A DNA stretch of 64,000 bases, from positions 28,272,001 to 28,336,000 of the forward strand of contig OX597824.1 of NCBI GenBank assembly GCA_951406725.2, in the 5' to 3' direction. Positions within the stretch are counted from its first letter, which is position 1. Every line of letters starts with the position of its first letter. The position numbers and the translations under genes are program-made. The DNA is from Octopus vulgaris (lineage: Eukaryota). This document shows, one piece after another, positions 1 to 13,770 of the stretch. Below the pieces are notes generated by a model. The model was not told where the DNA came from, ran no database searches, and worked only from the letters and a program-made list of their open reading frames with translations.

Positions 1-240
<240 letters not shown>

Positions 241-2090
241 TTATTTTATGATTGAGTATTATTATGAATGGAGCGAATGAATAAATAATGCCAGCTGTTA
301 TGATTAAATGAGGTTAATATCAACTGTAGTTAAGAATTTCAGCTACATAAAAACATGCTTTTAAATGCGGGTGGAGTTAAAGAACATTAAAGTGTTAATG
401 CATAATGCATCAAGCAATTTAATCTCACCTGCTGTGACTTTTCGATCTTAAATACATTTGACATTGCTCTTGCCACACACAGACAAGCGAACAGAAACAC
501 TCCGGAGAAAGATACGCAATGCAGAACACATAGTGGTATATAATTATATCTATGTATAATTTTGAATCTGTGAATTTTGAATGTATATTAATGTGTACAA
601 ATGTGTATGTATTTGTGTCTTTGTTTGTATCTGAAAGCATGACTGCGTATGATAGTGTCATAATATAGACCTGTCGTAGATGTAAACGCATATAATTATA
701 CGTGTACAAATATGCACACACGGATACGTATAGTGTACACATGTAGATACAATTATATTTTTGTGTAATTTTGCATCTGTAAATTATGAATGCATAGTTA
801 TGTGGTGCGTTTTTCTACGTATATGTACGATGGTGTCTATAAGTGTATGCATACCTCTGTCTATTAGGATAGCAATATACCTCAGATGGATTAAACAGCT
901 ATATATTTGTTCATATGCTATACTTCGCTTTAGTGAAGTCATTTAACCATAAACTATTGCAGTTGACCGATTTTACCCTCTAGTCTTTTACTCGTCAGAT
1001 AATCTGGGCGATCTTATTTTCGAAATAACTTAGCTACTGTTGTTTCTGTTTTGTGTTTGTCTTCTTTATTTCGCTTTACTTTTCTTCCATGCGTTTTCTT
1101 TCGTTTTCCATTTTCTGCTTTTCCTTTCTTAACTATGGTGAATTGGCCTTCGACGTTACTTTGAAAGCTAATGTCTTTAACGCCTTTTCTTCTATATCTA
1201 TCGTTTAACAGTCACTTGATATTACAATGATTCAATAACCCGTCCTCTCGGTAAAGCACACCCTTAAATCCTTGAAAACAAATGTATACATTTTTCGTGT
1301 AGTACGGCCGGTGTATGCAAAGTTTCGACAACCAATAATCGCATTGAAAGAATTGTTAATTCATAAATTATTTTAATACTTAAAAGCTATTTTCAGGCGG
1401 ACGTAATAATTTCAGTTTTATTTTTGCGTTGCTGGTAATAGATTCCGTTTAATAGAATGCTGTTTTTGAGCACAGGTTAACTTACCGATATCTTCTAATC
1501 TCAAAAGTAGCACTGCAAATCTTTGAATAAATTTTGAAGAAGACGCCTTGGTCGATTTGTTCATTTCCAATATTCCTTCGAGAGATGTAAGTTTTAAGAC
1601 TATTTCAGGTAGCATGCTACTTTATCAAGATTCATTTGCTGATTCTCCCTGCATTAGTTTCATTATTATTGAGATGTGCTGTAAATACGCCTTCTGATCT
1701 ATGCAAGTAAAGTAAGGGTTTTGAGCGGTAAAGTTACCATACGTTCATTAGGGAGTTGGTTGAATTCATCTTCTCTGATAAAATCAGTCAGTTTTCCGGC
1801 ATTTACTTTGAGTGGACTTAACATAAATGTTACACAAAACGTATAATCTACTTAAAATATGTCCCTTCTATATCAGAGAATTATATCAAATTATAACAAC
1901 ACACACACACACACATACATACACACACAAACACATACAAACACACACACATACAAAAACATGCACACACAAATACACATACATACACACATGTGTAACC
2001 ACATGCATATTCGAATGTATGCATGACTATTCATAAGTGTATGTATTTGCATATATAAATATATACACATAAGTGTGTATATGTGTGATC

Positions 2091-2143
<53 letters not shown>

Positions 2144-2150
<7 letters not shown>

Positions 2151-2237
2151 ATCACGTGACCGACCAGACCATCAGATGTTGCTACACATCGCTGGTCACA
2201 ATGCGTTCGCATTGTTTTAGCCTTCGAATGACGCCAC
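2144..2237 (-). mobile_element. 3' tail fragment of tRNA-derived SINE (tail type A)
   Basis: Reverse complement matches the tail of the 3236-3541 SINE (GGCTAAAACAATGCGAACGCATTGTGACCAG...GGTCACGTGATCACGTGA); abuts (TA)n. Confidence 0.9.
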
Positions 2238-2269
2238 ATATTTATGTATGTGTAATATATACATGTATT

Positions 2270-2446
<177 letters not shown>

Positions 2447-3235
2447 GGAAATAGAGGGAAAGAGAAAGGCATATTCTCTGTTGGAAAAGACAAATAAGCT
2501 GAGTTAACAGCCGCAGGCAGGAAGAATATAAAAGGAAGGCATTCCAGATAACCTCACCGGGGTTTCCCAGTATATATATATTATTTGGATACAACAAGAC
2601 TTCCTGACTTTTATTCCATATCGATCATTTGAACATATTGGACTGTCTACTGTTTCGTCTCATACGCAAGTGGCGGTTTCTATTGGTTACGATGTCGATC
2701 CATTGGAAAAAATCTATTCAGATAATGGACAATCGGGCTACCGTTGTTTGCGTTTCACTTAACTTCCAGTTTCTCCCTAATTTCTGAGTTAAGGATTTAC
2801 ATTAGCAACCAAAACATTGCACATGAATACTGCAAGTATATTAGGGCGTAAGAGAAAAATCACTGAAATTAGCCTTAATGTGTTGAATATTTGTCAGAAT
2901 GGATAAATATTATAAGGAAGGTCAAAGTGACACTAGAGTTTGTTTTCTTTGTTTTCTGTCTCTCTTTTCAGTTCATCTCAATATTTGCTTCTTACTCCTT
3001 TTCTCTGTTCTCTGTTAACTGTCTTTCCCTTTTTTCTAGAAATTTGTGTTTAGTGCAAAATGTCCATTCTAGATGTCAGGGTTATATTCTATTATGTGCC
3101 AGGGGGTGAGGTCTTTTGATTGTCACCCGTTGTTAGAGCTGAAAGGATACTCATCTTAATATAGTTTTAACTATTTTAAATCGTTCTTTCCCTCGCAAAG
3201 TCCTTACCTATAATATAGACAAATATAAAGCATAA

Positions 3236-3541
3236 CGTGGAGGCGCAATGGCCCAGTGGTTAGGGCAGCGGACTCGTGGTCGCAGGATCGCGGTTTCGAT
3301 TCTCAGACCGGGCGTTGTGAGTGTTTATTGAGCGAAAACACCTAAAAGCTCCACGACGCTCCGGCAGGAGGTGGTGATCCCTGCTGTACTCTTTCATCAC
3401 TCTTTCTCCCACTCTTTCTTCTGTTGGCCTGCTCGTTTAGCCAGCGGGGTGACGTCATTCGAAGGCTAAAACAATGCGAACGCATTGTGACCAGCAATGT
3501 GTAACAACATCTGATGGTCTGGTCGGTCACGTGATCACGTG
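3236..3541 (+). mobile_element. Full-length tRNA-derived SINE, tail type A (resembles octopus OR1/OR2 CORE-type SINEs)
   Basis: Pol III A box TGGCCCAGTGG and B box GGTTTCGATTCTC; tail ends CACGTGATCACGTG; 11-bp TSD ATAAAGCATAA at 3225-3235 and 3542-3552. Family name is from memory, not from a search. Confidence 0.9.
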
Positions 3542-3570
3542 ATAAAGCATAATAATAAAAATAATTCTGT

Positions 3571-3997
3571 ATTATTAGAGGTTTAGATTTTGCTTTGTAT
3601 TTCTACAAGTTGACTTCAAGTCTCACCCAGAGACCTTAAGAGACAACAAGTTAGAAGTTCAAGTTGGTGTTATGACTAGGGGGTCATATGTTTGGTTTAG
3701 CACAAAGTGTTGTTCCAGAGAATGTCTGTGGAAACATAAGAAGATTAGAAATTTGTTTTAAAAGTAATTTGATTATAAGATGATAGTGTGACCTTAAGAT
3801 GACAGTAAAAGGGGGTTTGGTATTATGTATATTTAAAAGTATTTTGACACTGTTTACAGATTAAAATGTTTTGGGGATTCCTTAGACAATTTTTTCGTAG
3901 GATATGAGAAATTCCCATCAGCACGGATAATATTTTTTGTAGGCTATAAGCAGTTCCCATGAGCATTGACAATATTTTGTAGGCTATGAGCAGTTCC

Positions 3998-3998
<1 letters not shown>
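3571..3998 (-). mobile_element. R4/Dong-clade LINE 3' end (ORF terminus plus 3' UTR)
   Basis: Minus strand encodes LMGTAxxLxKIL-like motifs; 3580-3760 is homologous to the 3' UTR of the element at 20528-20720. Confidence 0.8.
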
Positions 3999-4052
<54 letters not shown>

Positions 4053-4053
<1 letters not shown>

Positions 4054-4280
4054 CTTCCTAACACAGTGTGGGTAAAAATGCACCGGAGTCTTTTGTCATC
4101 TGTCAAGTCACAACAAGAACATCAGGCAGATAATACTCTCCTTAAGATGTGCGCTGTGCCCAATAAGGTTGCTTTTTGCAATACATCAATCTTGCATGGG
4201 ATTTCCAGTTGCCTAAAGAAGTCCTGAAGTTTCAATGGGATGGAGCCCAACGCTCCGACCACCACTGGTATCCCTCTGAG
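4053..4280 (-). mobile_element. R4/Dong-clade LINE 3' fragment
   Basis: IPVVVGALGSIP...LQKATLLGTAHILRRVLSA* in ORF 4122-4364, typical C-terminus of restriction-like-endonuclease R4/Dong ORFs; 3' end runs into (TAA)n at 3999-4052. Confidence 0.85.
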
Positions 4281-4399
4281 AACTCTTCTTACGTCATTAT
4301 TCTTGCCTTGGTAGTATTTCTTCCAATGCCAGGAAAGTAAATGTCTTTGCCGCACAGATTCCATTGAGTATGTTCCAGATTATGTTAAGCCACTCTTAT

Positions 4400-4517
4400 A
4401 GTTGTTATTATTATTATTATTAATATTATTATTATCATCAGTAGTAGTAGTTGTAGTAGTAGTAGCAGCAGCAGCATTAGTAGTAGTAGTTGCAGCAGCA
4501 GCAGTAGTAGTAGTAGC

Positions 4518-4583
<66 letters not shown>

Positions 4584-4652
4584 GGTGGTGGTGGTGGTGG
4601 TGGTGGTGGTGGTGGTGGTTGTGATGGTGGTGGTGGTGGAGGTGGTAGTAGC

Positions 4653-4748
<96 letters not shown>

Positions 4749-4793
4749 GGTGGTGGTGGTGGTGGTGGTGGTGGTGGTGGATGTGGTAGTAGC

Positions 4794-4854
<61 letters not shown>

Positions 4855-4855
4855 A
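4400..4855. repeat. Compound trinucleotide array (TTA)/(GTA)/(GCA)/(GTG)
   Basis: Directly visible; source of the poly-V/L/P ORFs. Confidence 0.97.
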
Positions 4856-5979
4856 TATTATTATTTTATACCAGTTCAAAATTTTAACATTTGTTTTTTT
4901 TTTCCCTTATGAAAATCTTCGCGAAAGCCCTGCTGGCTAATATTTATCACTCATCCAGGCATGCATTTATTTATGTATCTATTTATACATTGAATACTTT
5001 CCCTTATTTTCCCGCCTTGCCTTTTCATTCTTTATCACTTCCTCTATTTCACTACCGCTGTCTCTTTCTCCTTTGTCTTTCTTTCTTTTTTTTTTTTTTT
5101 GCCTTTTTGTATTATCTCTCTTTCTCCGCAACGGACATTTATAGTTTACTTTTTTTTTTCTTGATTCTTGATTCTTTCCCTCAGTGAATTTTCCTTTCCA
5201 TTGCTTTCGGATTTCTCATATTTTCTTTATTACACCTCTCTTGCTTTCCTGAACCTTGGTTTCTTATTTTCTTTTTCTCTATGTCCAATCTTTATTTCTT
5301 ACTGCTCCTCCTTTTAATGTTATCAAGTTTTCAAATTTTCTATCCATATTTTTCTCATTTCTTCTACTTTTTTTCAACCCTCATTCCCTCACTGTTTCTA
5401 TATACTTCTCTCCCTCCACCCTTTCTTTTCTTTTAGTTTAGTTCTGTCTTCAGTGCTTCCATACTTTTCCTTCCATAGTTTTTACCTTTTACAATCCACT
5501 CGTGCTAGACACCCGTACATATTTCTCATATTTTCTCTTACGCTTTTTCTATTCCAATTGCAGCATGCACACACATAAACACACTGTTTATAAGTGCCTC
5601 GATTTTTTTTCCAGTCTCTCTTAATCTTAAGCAATAACACTTGTTGACAAGAGGGACAGTCAACGTTGATGTAGCTGAAAAATATATGCTTAATTCAACG
5701 ACGTGATGACTCCTGAGATCACAAACGCGGAAGAATATTCGTAATAACCATGTTGACAGGTCTGAAAAAAATATCACATGGAAACGCATATCAAGAAAGT
5801 TATATAAAACTCAATAACACAAAACGTCGATAAATTTACTGGGGAAATATTTGCATAAAATTCAGACTTCTTATTTTCTAACATTTTCATCTTATACGCT
5901 TTCAACTCCCTTACGAAATACATTGCTTGAAGTTGAATATACTCACAAACACCGATATAAAAGCACGCATGTAAATGTT

Positions 5980-6019
<40 letters not shown>

Positions 6020-6117
6020 CGTAGGTACGTATGAATATATGTACATGTATACATACATACATACATACATACATACATACATACATACGTATATATATAT
6101 ATATGCCTATATACTGT

Positions 6118-6489
6118 TTTACTTGTTTCAGTAATTTGACCGTGGCCATGCTGGAGCACCGCCTTTTAATCGAGCAAATAGACCACAGGATTTATTCTTT
6201 GTAAGCCTAGTACTTATTCTATCGGTCTCTTTCGCCGACACCAGCATCGGTTGTCAAGCGATGTTGGGGGGACAAACACAGACACACAAAAATATACAAA
6301 CACACATACATATATATATATATATATACATATATCCGAAGGGCTTCTTTCAGTTTCTGTATACCAAATCCATTCACAAGGCTTTGGTCGGCCCGAGGCT
6401 ATAGTAGAAGACACATGCCCTATGTGCCGCGGTGTGGGTCTGAACCCCGATCCATGTGATTTGTAACCAAGCTACTTACCACACAGCCA
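6118..6489 (-). mobile_element. tRNA-derived SINE with internal (TA)/(TG) microsatellite (third SINE type)
   Basis: Minus strand head TGGCTGTGTGGTAAG...GGTTCAGACCC, core GTGTCTTCTACTATAGCCTCGGGCCGACC, tail CCAGCATGGCCACGGTCAAATTACTGAAACAAG; many related fragments elsewhere in the window. Confidence 0.85.
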
Positions 6490-7471
6490 ATAAAATAAGT
6501 ACCAGGTTTAAAAATCAAGCATTGGAATCGATTTGCTCGACTAAAATTCTTCAAGGATGTGCCCCAACTTGACCGCACAGTCTAATGACTGAAACAAGCA
6601 AAAGATAAAGTTAAATGATTATATATAATTCTATTTAAATCAGCTATTTCTGTAACTTCTCACCATTTCATTAATTGCTTTGTTGTCTCCTCTCCCACTA
6701 CCTTTTGGCTATATTCGTTGCATATAAGACGCTGGAGTATAGAGTGGCATACAAGTTTTATTCTGATGCTGAGCATGAGCAAGCGCGCGTGATAAAGAGC
6801 GAGAGAAAGAGAACGAGAATGACAGTGAGATTGAGTAAAAAGAGAGAAAGCGTGAGAGAGAGTGAGAGAGACAAACATACAGACAGTAATGGAAACAGAA
6901 AAAGGAAGTACTGGATCTAAATGACCATAAAGTCTGGTGTAGATTTGTTCGAATAAGCACTTCAATGTTGATGCATCGCAATGACTGCACTCCAGTGACT
7001 GAAATAAATAGAATGCAGAACACAGAACGCAGTTAAAGAAAGCTGAATGCGTTTGTTTTAGTTAGTGTAGACACAGTTCGCTGGTGAACCAGCTTCACTG
7101 TATTCTCTATAATCAACAAGGAGTTAAGGAAATTTGAATATTATCTCTAACTGAAAATGTTTGAAAAACCAGCGTTTGGGAAAAAATATTGACTCCCACA
7201 TGAAGCGAAAACAAGTTATGTATCCGAATTTTAATACAGTGCCAAACTATGATACCAAAGTAAGAATACTGTAATTTTCGATGTTTCCCTTCAACTTTTG
7301 TGGTGTATATATATGTGTGTGTAGGAGGGCGTTGGAATCAAGTAGTGAAATTGTAAATTAGGGATCCCCAGTAGTATTTTAATAGTCCATAACAAATTTT
7401 GGTTTAGATGCATCTATTGCAAGGAACAGCTCATTTTTTCTCTAATGTTTTATATAAAGTAACATGTTTCT

Positions 7472-7802
7472 TATTTCTTTATTGCCCACAAGGGCAAACA
7501 AGGACAGACAAAGGGATTTAGTCGATTACAAATAGAGGGGACAAACAAGGACAGACAAAGGGATTAAGTCGATTACATCGAGCTCAGTGTGCATAACTAG
7601 TACTTAATTTATCGACCCCGAAATGATGAAAGGCAAAGTCGACCTCGGCGGAATTTGAATTCAGAATGTAACGGCAGACGAATTACCATTAAAATAACCT
7701 TTACTTAATTTATCGACCCCGAAATGATGAAAGGCAAAGTCGACCTCGGCGGAATTTGAATTCAGAATGTAACGGCAGACGAATTACCATTAAAATAACC
7801 TT
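7472..7802 (-). mobile_element. 5'-truncated Meta-domain-type SINE with internal tandem duplications
   Basis: Reverse complement of GAGGTCGACTTTGCCTTTCATC(A/C)TTTCGGGGTCGATAAATTAAGTA; 101-bp unit repeated at 7601 and 7702. Confidence 0.85.
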
Positions 7803-7894
7803 TCTGGTAAGTGGAGCATGTTCTCTCAGAGATTTGTGTCGCAAACCTAATCAAGAGAAAATAAACTAGTTTATAAACATCGAATATCTATGGT

Positions 7895-8302
7895 GGAGTC
7901 CACCAGAATTAAATAGTAATTAGAGGGATCTATAGGTAAAAAAAAAGCTTATTTGTTATTTAGCACTATGATGATTTATAATTGACAAATTATTGTGATT
8001 ATGCGGAATACAGAGAAACTGGGTCACCAGCAAACTGTATCTATACTAACTAAAACCAATGTATTAGCAAATATTTATACTGGGGTCCACCACAATAAAA
8101 TAGTAATCAGAGGGGTCTACAGGTAAAAACCTAAAAAAAAAAATTGTTAAAAGTTACTGCTAAAAGCCCTTATCTGTTCTTCAGCACTAGATTTGTGATG
8201 ATTTATAATTGACAAATTATCGCGGATATGTGGAATACAAAGAAACTGGTTCACCAGCGAACTGTGTATATACTATCTACAACGAGCGTATTATCAAATA
8301 TT
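7895..8302. repeat. Diverged tandem duplication of about 185-220 bp
   Basis: GTCCACCA...AAATAGTAAT...GATGATTTATAATTGACAAATTAT...CACCAGC...CAAATATT occurs at about 7895-8075 and 8082-8302. Confidence 0.8.
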
Positions 8303-9039
8303 GGCATAAAAGTAATTGAAACAGTGTATGTGTACGCTGCTAGTGGTAAGCTTTCATCTAACTATTCTACAGAGTTGTGATAAAGAAATTTGACCAACAC
8401 TTTAGCAACAGTCACAATCAATTGTCTTTGAAAGTGAGGATTGGATACCAAGATAGACTGTACATCACTCGTTCGTCTTTTTGTTAGTAACAACACCTGT
8501 ATACCATGAAAACTTAGAAATCACGTTCATCACACCTACAGTGCTTATCTTTATAACTGATCGTCTTTTTGAATCCTCCAATGTGTGTCGTTTAATTTCC
8601 TTTTTCTCCCTAAATGGAAGTGTTCCAACTGAGGTGAAGGAACAGAGCAATATTTCAGATATCACCACTTCAAGAAATATCTCGTATCCCGATGCTATAT
8701 ATCTATCAATTGTAGAGGGAGACATTAATCACTGTAAAATTAGAAGCAAACTTTGCCAAACACCATCCAAATCATAATTTTATTATACGAGATAAAAAAG
8801 GAAAAAACGTTGCTGTACTTTTACCAGCAAAAATTCGCAGGTCTTTCTCAAAAATCTGATTACAAGTTATCTCTGAAAATATCAAAGCTATCTAGAGAGG
8901 TCACTTCTATCACCTTCACACCAATTCTAAATATAGTTCATATGTTTGTATGTATGCATGTATTAATGTATATATATATATATGCAAGTGCGTGTGTGTT
9001 TGTGTGTTTCTGTGTGTCTGTGTATGTTCTTCTATTATT

Positions 9040-9310
9040 TCCTTGTTACACTCATTGGTACTGCAGCCATGCTGGGACACTGCACTGAAGTGTTAAATCG
9101 AACAAATCGATCCCACAATCTATTTCGTCTTTACGGCTTGCCACTGTTTCTTTTGCTGAACCACTAGGTCACCAGGACAAAAGAATCCAACACCACCTAT
9201 GAGTTGGTGGGGCAGAAATATAAACACAGACGCACACATATATATGCACACACAAACATATTTTTATATACGACAGATTTCCATACAGTTTTCGTCTAAG
9301 TTCACTCATA
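9040..9310 (-). mobile_element. Degenerate copy of the third SINE type
   Basis: CTGCAGCCATGCTGGGACACTGC...TCGATCCCA...TTGCTGAACCACTAGG resembles 6118-6300. Confidence 0.6.
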
Positions 9311-9934
9311 AGACATATATGAAATACTGTAAGAGTCGCCGCAGAGCTCGTTGACCAGAAAAACTTTCTTCTAAAGTAAATTAAATGTAAGCGTGTCTAT
9401 TTTAAATTCAATCCTCCATTTATTTTAGAACCAGAACATTATTTACCTTATTTACATTATGACTCGATAGATATCTAAAATCGACGCTATCATTAGAATA
9501 AGAGAATATAGAACATATTCACCAGGAAAGATTTAAACAGTTTAAAGAATGCATTCGCTAACATTGTTAGTCAATAGACAAACAGACTAAATTGTGTAGA
9601 AAATAATAGCAGCTAATGAAATCAACTATTTATATATCGGGTGTGATGATAAGAACAATTATTGATCTAATGCATTAGGCACTAAAGTACACAACAGCAA
9701 TCGCCAAGTATTATCAGATACAAATGAAAGGAAATTAGTTACCAGCGTGCGAATTTTAAATAATGGCGAATTTCGCTGTCCAGTTTCAGCTATCGATTTC
9801 TACGGGCTGAGGACTCTATGAGAATGAAACCAATGTGAAAATGAGTATTTTATCAGTTATCTCTTGTTATGAAACGTTAATTCTCTACATCTTCTGTGAA
9901 AATGATTATTTTCTGGTAGTTTTCTTTTTATTCC

Positions 9935-10570
9935 TTTAGCCGTTTCAGTCATTTGACTGTGGCCTTGCTGGAGCGCCGCCGAAGGGGACCTTTAATCGAA
10001 GACGTCGATCCCAAAATTTATTCTCTGTAAGCGTATTACTTATTCAGTGGAGGCGCAATGGCCCAGTGGTTATGGCAGCGGACTCGCGGTCGTAGGATCG
10101 CGGTTTCGATTCCCAGACCGGACGTTGTGAGTGTTTATTGAGCGAAAACACCTAAAAGCTCCACGAGACTCCGGCAGGAGATGGTGGTGATCCCTGCTGT
10201 ACTCTTTCACCACAACTTTCTCTCACTCTTACTTCCTGTTTCTGTTGTACCTGTATTTCAAAGGGCCGGCCTTGTCACTCTCTGTTTCACGCTGAATATC
10301 CCCGAGAACTACGTTAAGGGTACACGTGTCTGTGGAGTGCTCAGCCACTTACACGTTAATTTCACGAGCAGGCTGTTCCGTTGATCGGATCAACCGGAAC
10401 CCTCGTCGTCGTAACCGACGGAGTGCTTCCACATTACTTATTCAAATGGTTCCATTTGTGGAACTGCCAAGTTAGAGGGAAGTTAACATACCAGCATTGG
10501 TTGTCAAGCGATGATGGGGTTAGTTGGGAGCAAACAGAGACACACAGAGAGGCATGTATGTATCGCCGTC
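9935..10570 (-). mobile_element. Third-type SINE interrupted by a nested SINE
   Basis: GTTTCAGTCATTTGACTGTGGCC...TACTTATTC resumes after 10444 with CCAGCATTGGTTGTCAAGCGATG, colinear with 6118-6300. Confidence 0.75.
10047..10432 (+). mobile_element. Full-length tRNA-derived SINE, same head as 3236 copy, tail type B
   Basis: Head nearly identical to 3236-3400; different tail ending GTCGTAACCGACGGAGTGCTTCCAC; 12-bp TSD ATTACTTATTCA at 10035-10046 and 10433-10444. Confidence 0.92.
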
Positions 10571-11037
10571 CACAGAAATAGCGTTCGTAATACTCTTTTT
10601 CGTTCGGCTTAACAGCCCTTCTTGTCTTCTTATTTTCCTTGTCCTGTCTTTTACTGCTTATATTTTGTACTGTCGTTACTGTCCTGTTCTTGTTACCGTT
10701 TTTACCCCTCTGCAAAAAGATCTCAAATTTTATTTGGTTTGCTTTTCGCAGGAAGGAAAGTTTCTATCGAATATACGTCTCACCTTCACCTTCGAAACGT
10801 AGAGTAGATGAAACCATGGCGACTGAAGAAGGGGTTTTTTCCTTGTGTTATTTGTCCTGTACTCTATTTTGTTGTTGTTTAAGAAAAATGTCCAGTTCCT
10901 TGGGTTTGTGTCTATGTTTTCATTTCTCATTGTGTTCGACGTCTTTTTGGTGTCCTGTACTCATATATGCGTGTATATATACATGTAGAGGTAGGTACGT
11001 AATATATGTATATATATATATGCATATGTTTTATTTA

Positions 11038-11087
<50 letters not shown>

Positions 11088-11424
11088 TTATACAATTTAA
11101 TAGTATTAGTTATATTTCGAGGAATGCATATATTGATGTTTGTTTTAAAGCCGAGTTACAACTCTCTCTCTCTCTCTCTCTCTTCTCTTCCCGCTCTTTA
11201 ATTCTTTTCTTCCTCTTTTTCTCTTTCTTCTCATCTCACGTGACCGATACGCCAGACTACTAGCCCTCTTTTTGTGTCTGACTGTGGTCATAGCCACATT
11301 CACATATATTTACCGGCGTCTTTGAAAGTATTGTATCTCTGCCGTAAGGCTTCATTTCCATACACGCTAGCTGAATTCAATTCGTCCCCAGTCGAAAGAC
11401 ACTTGTTGTTATGTCTTGTTATTA

Positions 11425-11504
<80 letters not shown>

Positions 11505-11544
11505 GTATTTTGTATTTATATTTGTGTAACATCGTGTTTTTCCG

Positions 11545-11760
11545 TCCTTGTTTTCGTATACATTCGATGCTTTGTTCTAGGGAATCTAATGCTCTTAGCT
11601 TGGTTTTTCCTTTGGCTGGCAGATTGGAGCAATCTCAAGATTAATCAGCCGTAATTGCGAGGACGATCCGGTTCTTGACTGAAGATAGAAAGCTTCGAAT
11701 GACCTGTCCTTGCTTTTTTGTATCGTCTATCTTAATGTTTGTTGTCCCTTTTTATATAAC
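11545..11760 (+). mobile_element. Unclassified interspersed repeat (second copy at 17825-17960)
   Basis: TCAAGA(T/C)TAATCAGCCG(T/A)AATTGCGAGGA(C/T)GATCCGGTTCTTGACTGA(A/G)GATAGAAAGCTTCGAATGACC is shared by both copies. Confidence 0.7.
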
Positions 11761-11800
11761 CTAGTTATGCGGATATGTTGCGTTCGTGTCCCTTTCTGTA

Positions 11801-12115
<315 letters not shown>

Positions 12116-12448
12116 AAAGATGAGGATATCATAAATATAACACTACGACTCTTAAATCTATACGCTCCATAGTTTAAAAGTGTTGCATCAACACCAATTT
12201 GTCATTGAATACTTATTATTCTCATTCTCCTTTACGAATAGATTCGTCAGGCAATTACATTAAAAGCTTTCATCATTTCTTTTGATATATTTTGAGCGTT
12301 TAAAGGATTGGCAGCAATCTTCAGAGCAGCAAACGGCCGTTTATATGAGTATACATACCTACACGCATGCATACATGCTTTTATATAAAACCTGAATATA
12401 TGTATATACCTATCTATGTAATTATATCACTATAACTCACTCTTTTAC

Positions 12449-12523
<75 letters not shown>

Positions 12524-12772
12524 ATCTTTATGCATATAAATAGAAGCATATATATATATATGTAGTTTTATATAGATGCGTGTGTATGTTTGCATGTATG
12601 TATGCATATATTTAACGAATACTAGCAGGAAAAACAATGTCAGATATGTATGTAAACACAGATATAAACGAAAATGCATCTGATTACAAAACGGTATGAT
12701 TAGCAAAAATATTTCTCTTTATTCAATTTTTAATTTTCATTACATTTATATATATATATATATATTTAAATA

Positions 12773-12822
<50 letters not shown>

Positions 12823-12980
12823 CATATATATTTAAGTATATATACCTATATACATATATATATATATACATATATATATATATTTACATATATATACATA
12901 TATATATATATATACATATATATATATTTACATATATATATACATCCATATATATACGTATATACATATGTACATAGACA

Positions 12981-13033
<53 letters not shown>

Positions 13034-13509
13034 GGATACTTATATGTACCTATATATAATTATATATATATATATATGCATATTATGTATATTTGTAACT
13101 AATGTATTTATTTATATATATATGTATATGTATGTTTATATGTATGTTTTTATGTATGTATACATACGCTCATACACATTCCATAGCATCAATAATCGTC
13201 TGTAAATATTCAATACAATTATTGCAAATAAGCAAACTTAAGAATGCAATTAAATAATGAAAAAAAAAAATCGTAGATAAATACGTAAACATATCGAAGT
13301 AAACAAAAATAAGGATAATATTAGGAATAATGAAACAAAGCAAAATATGTTAAGCAATAAAGGAAACAAACAAGAGGCTAAATAATATAAATAAGAACAA
13401 CAACATCAAGAGCAAAAACAAACAAAACGGCAGTAACAACAACAACTATAATGGCAATAATAACAATGATGATAATAATATCAATATAACAATAATAGCA
13501 ATATCATCA

Positions 13510-13770
<261 letters not shown>

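Noticed and set aside
900-1010. CTGACGAG on the minus strand as a hammerhead core
   Set aside because: No correctly placed GAAA or closing stems
1400-1700. Possible PLE endonuclease remnant on the minus strand (…LTCAQKQ)
   Set aside because: Only a few residues are suggestive; too degenerate to support
3236-3315. tRNA gene (also at 10047 and 51823)
   Set aside because: tRNA-like head continues into SINE body and is bounded by TSDs
8465-8777. Overlapping 86-aa and 98-aa ORFs on both strands as a host exon
   Set aside because: No recognisable domain and no convincing splice-site pair; cannot be excluded without RNA-seq
10700-10810. Hammerhead remnant ...CCTTC-GAAA-CG-TA-GAG
   Set aside because: 3' half fits but no CUGANGA-like box in register
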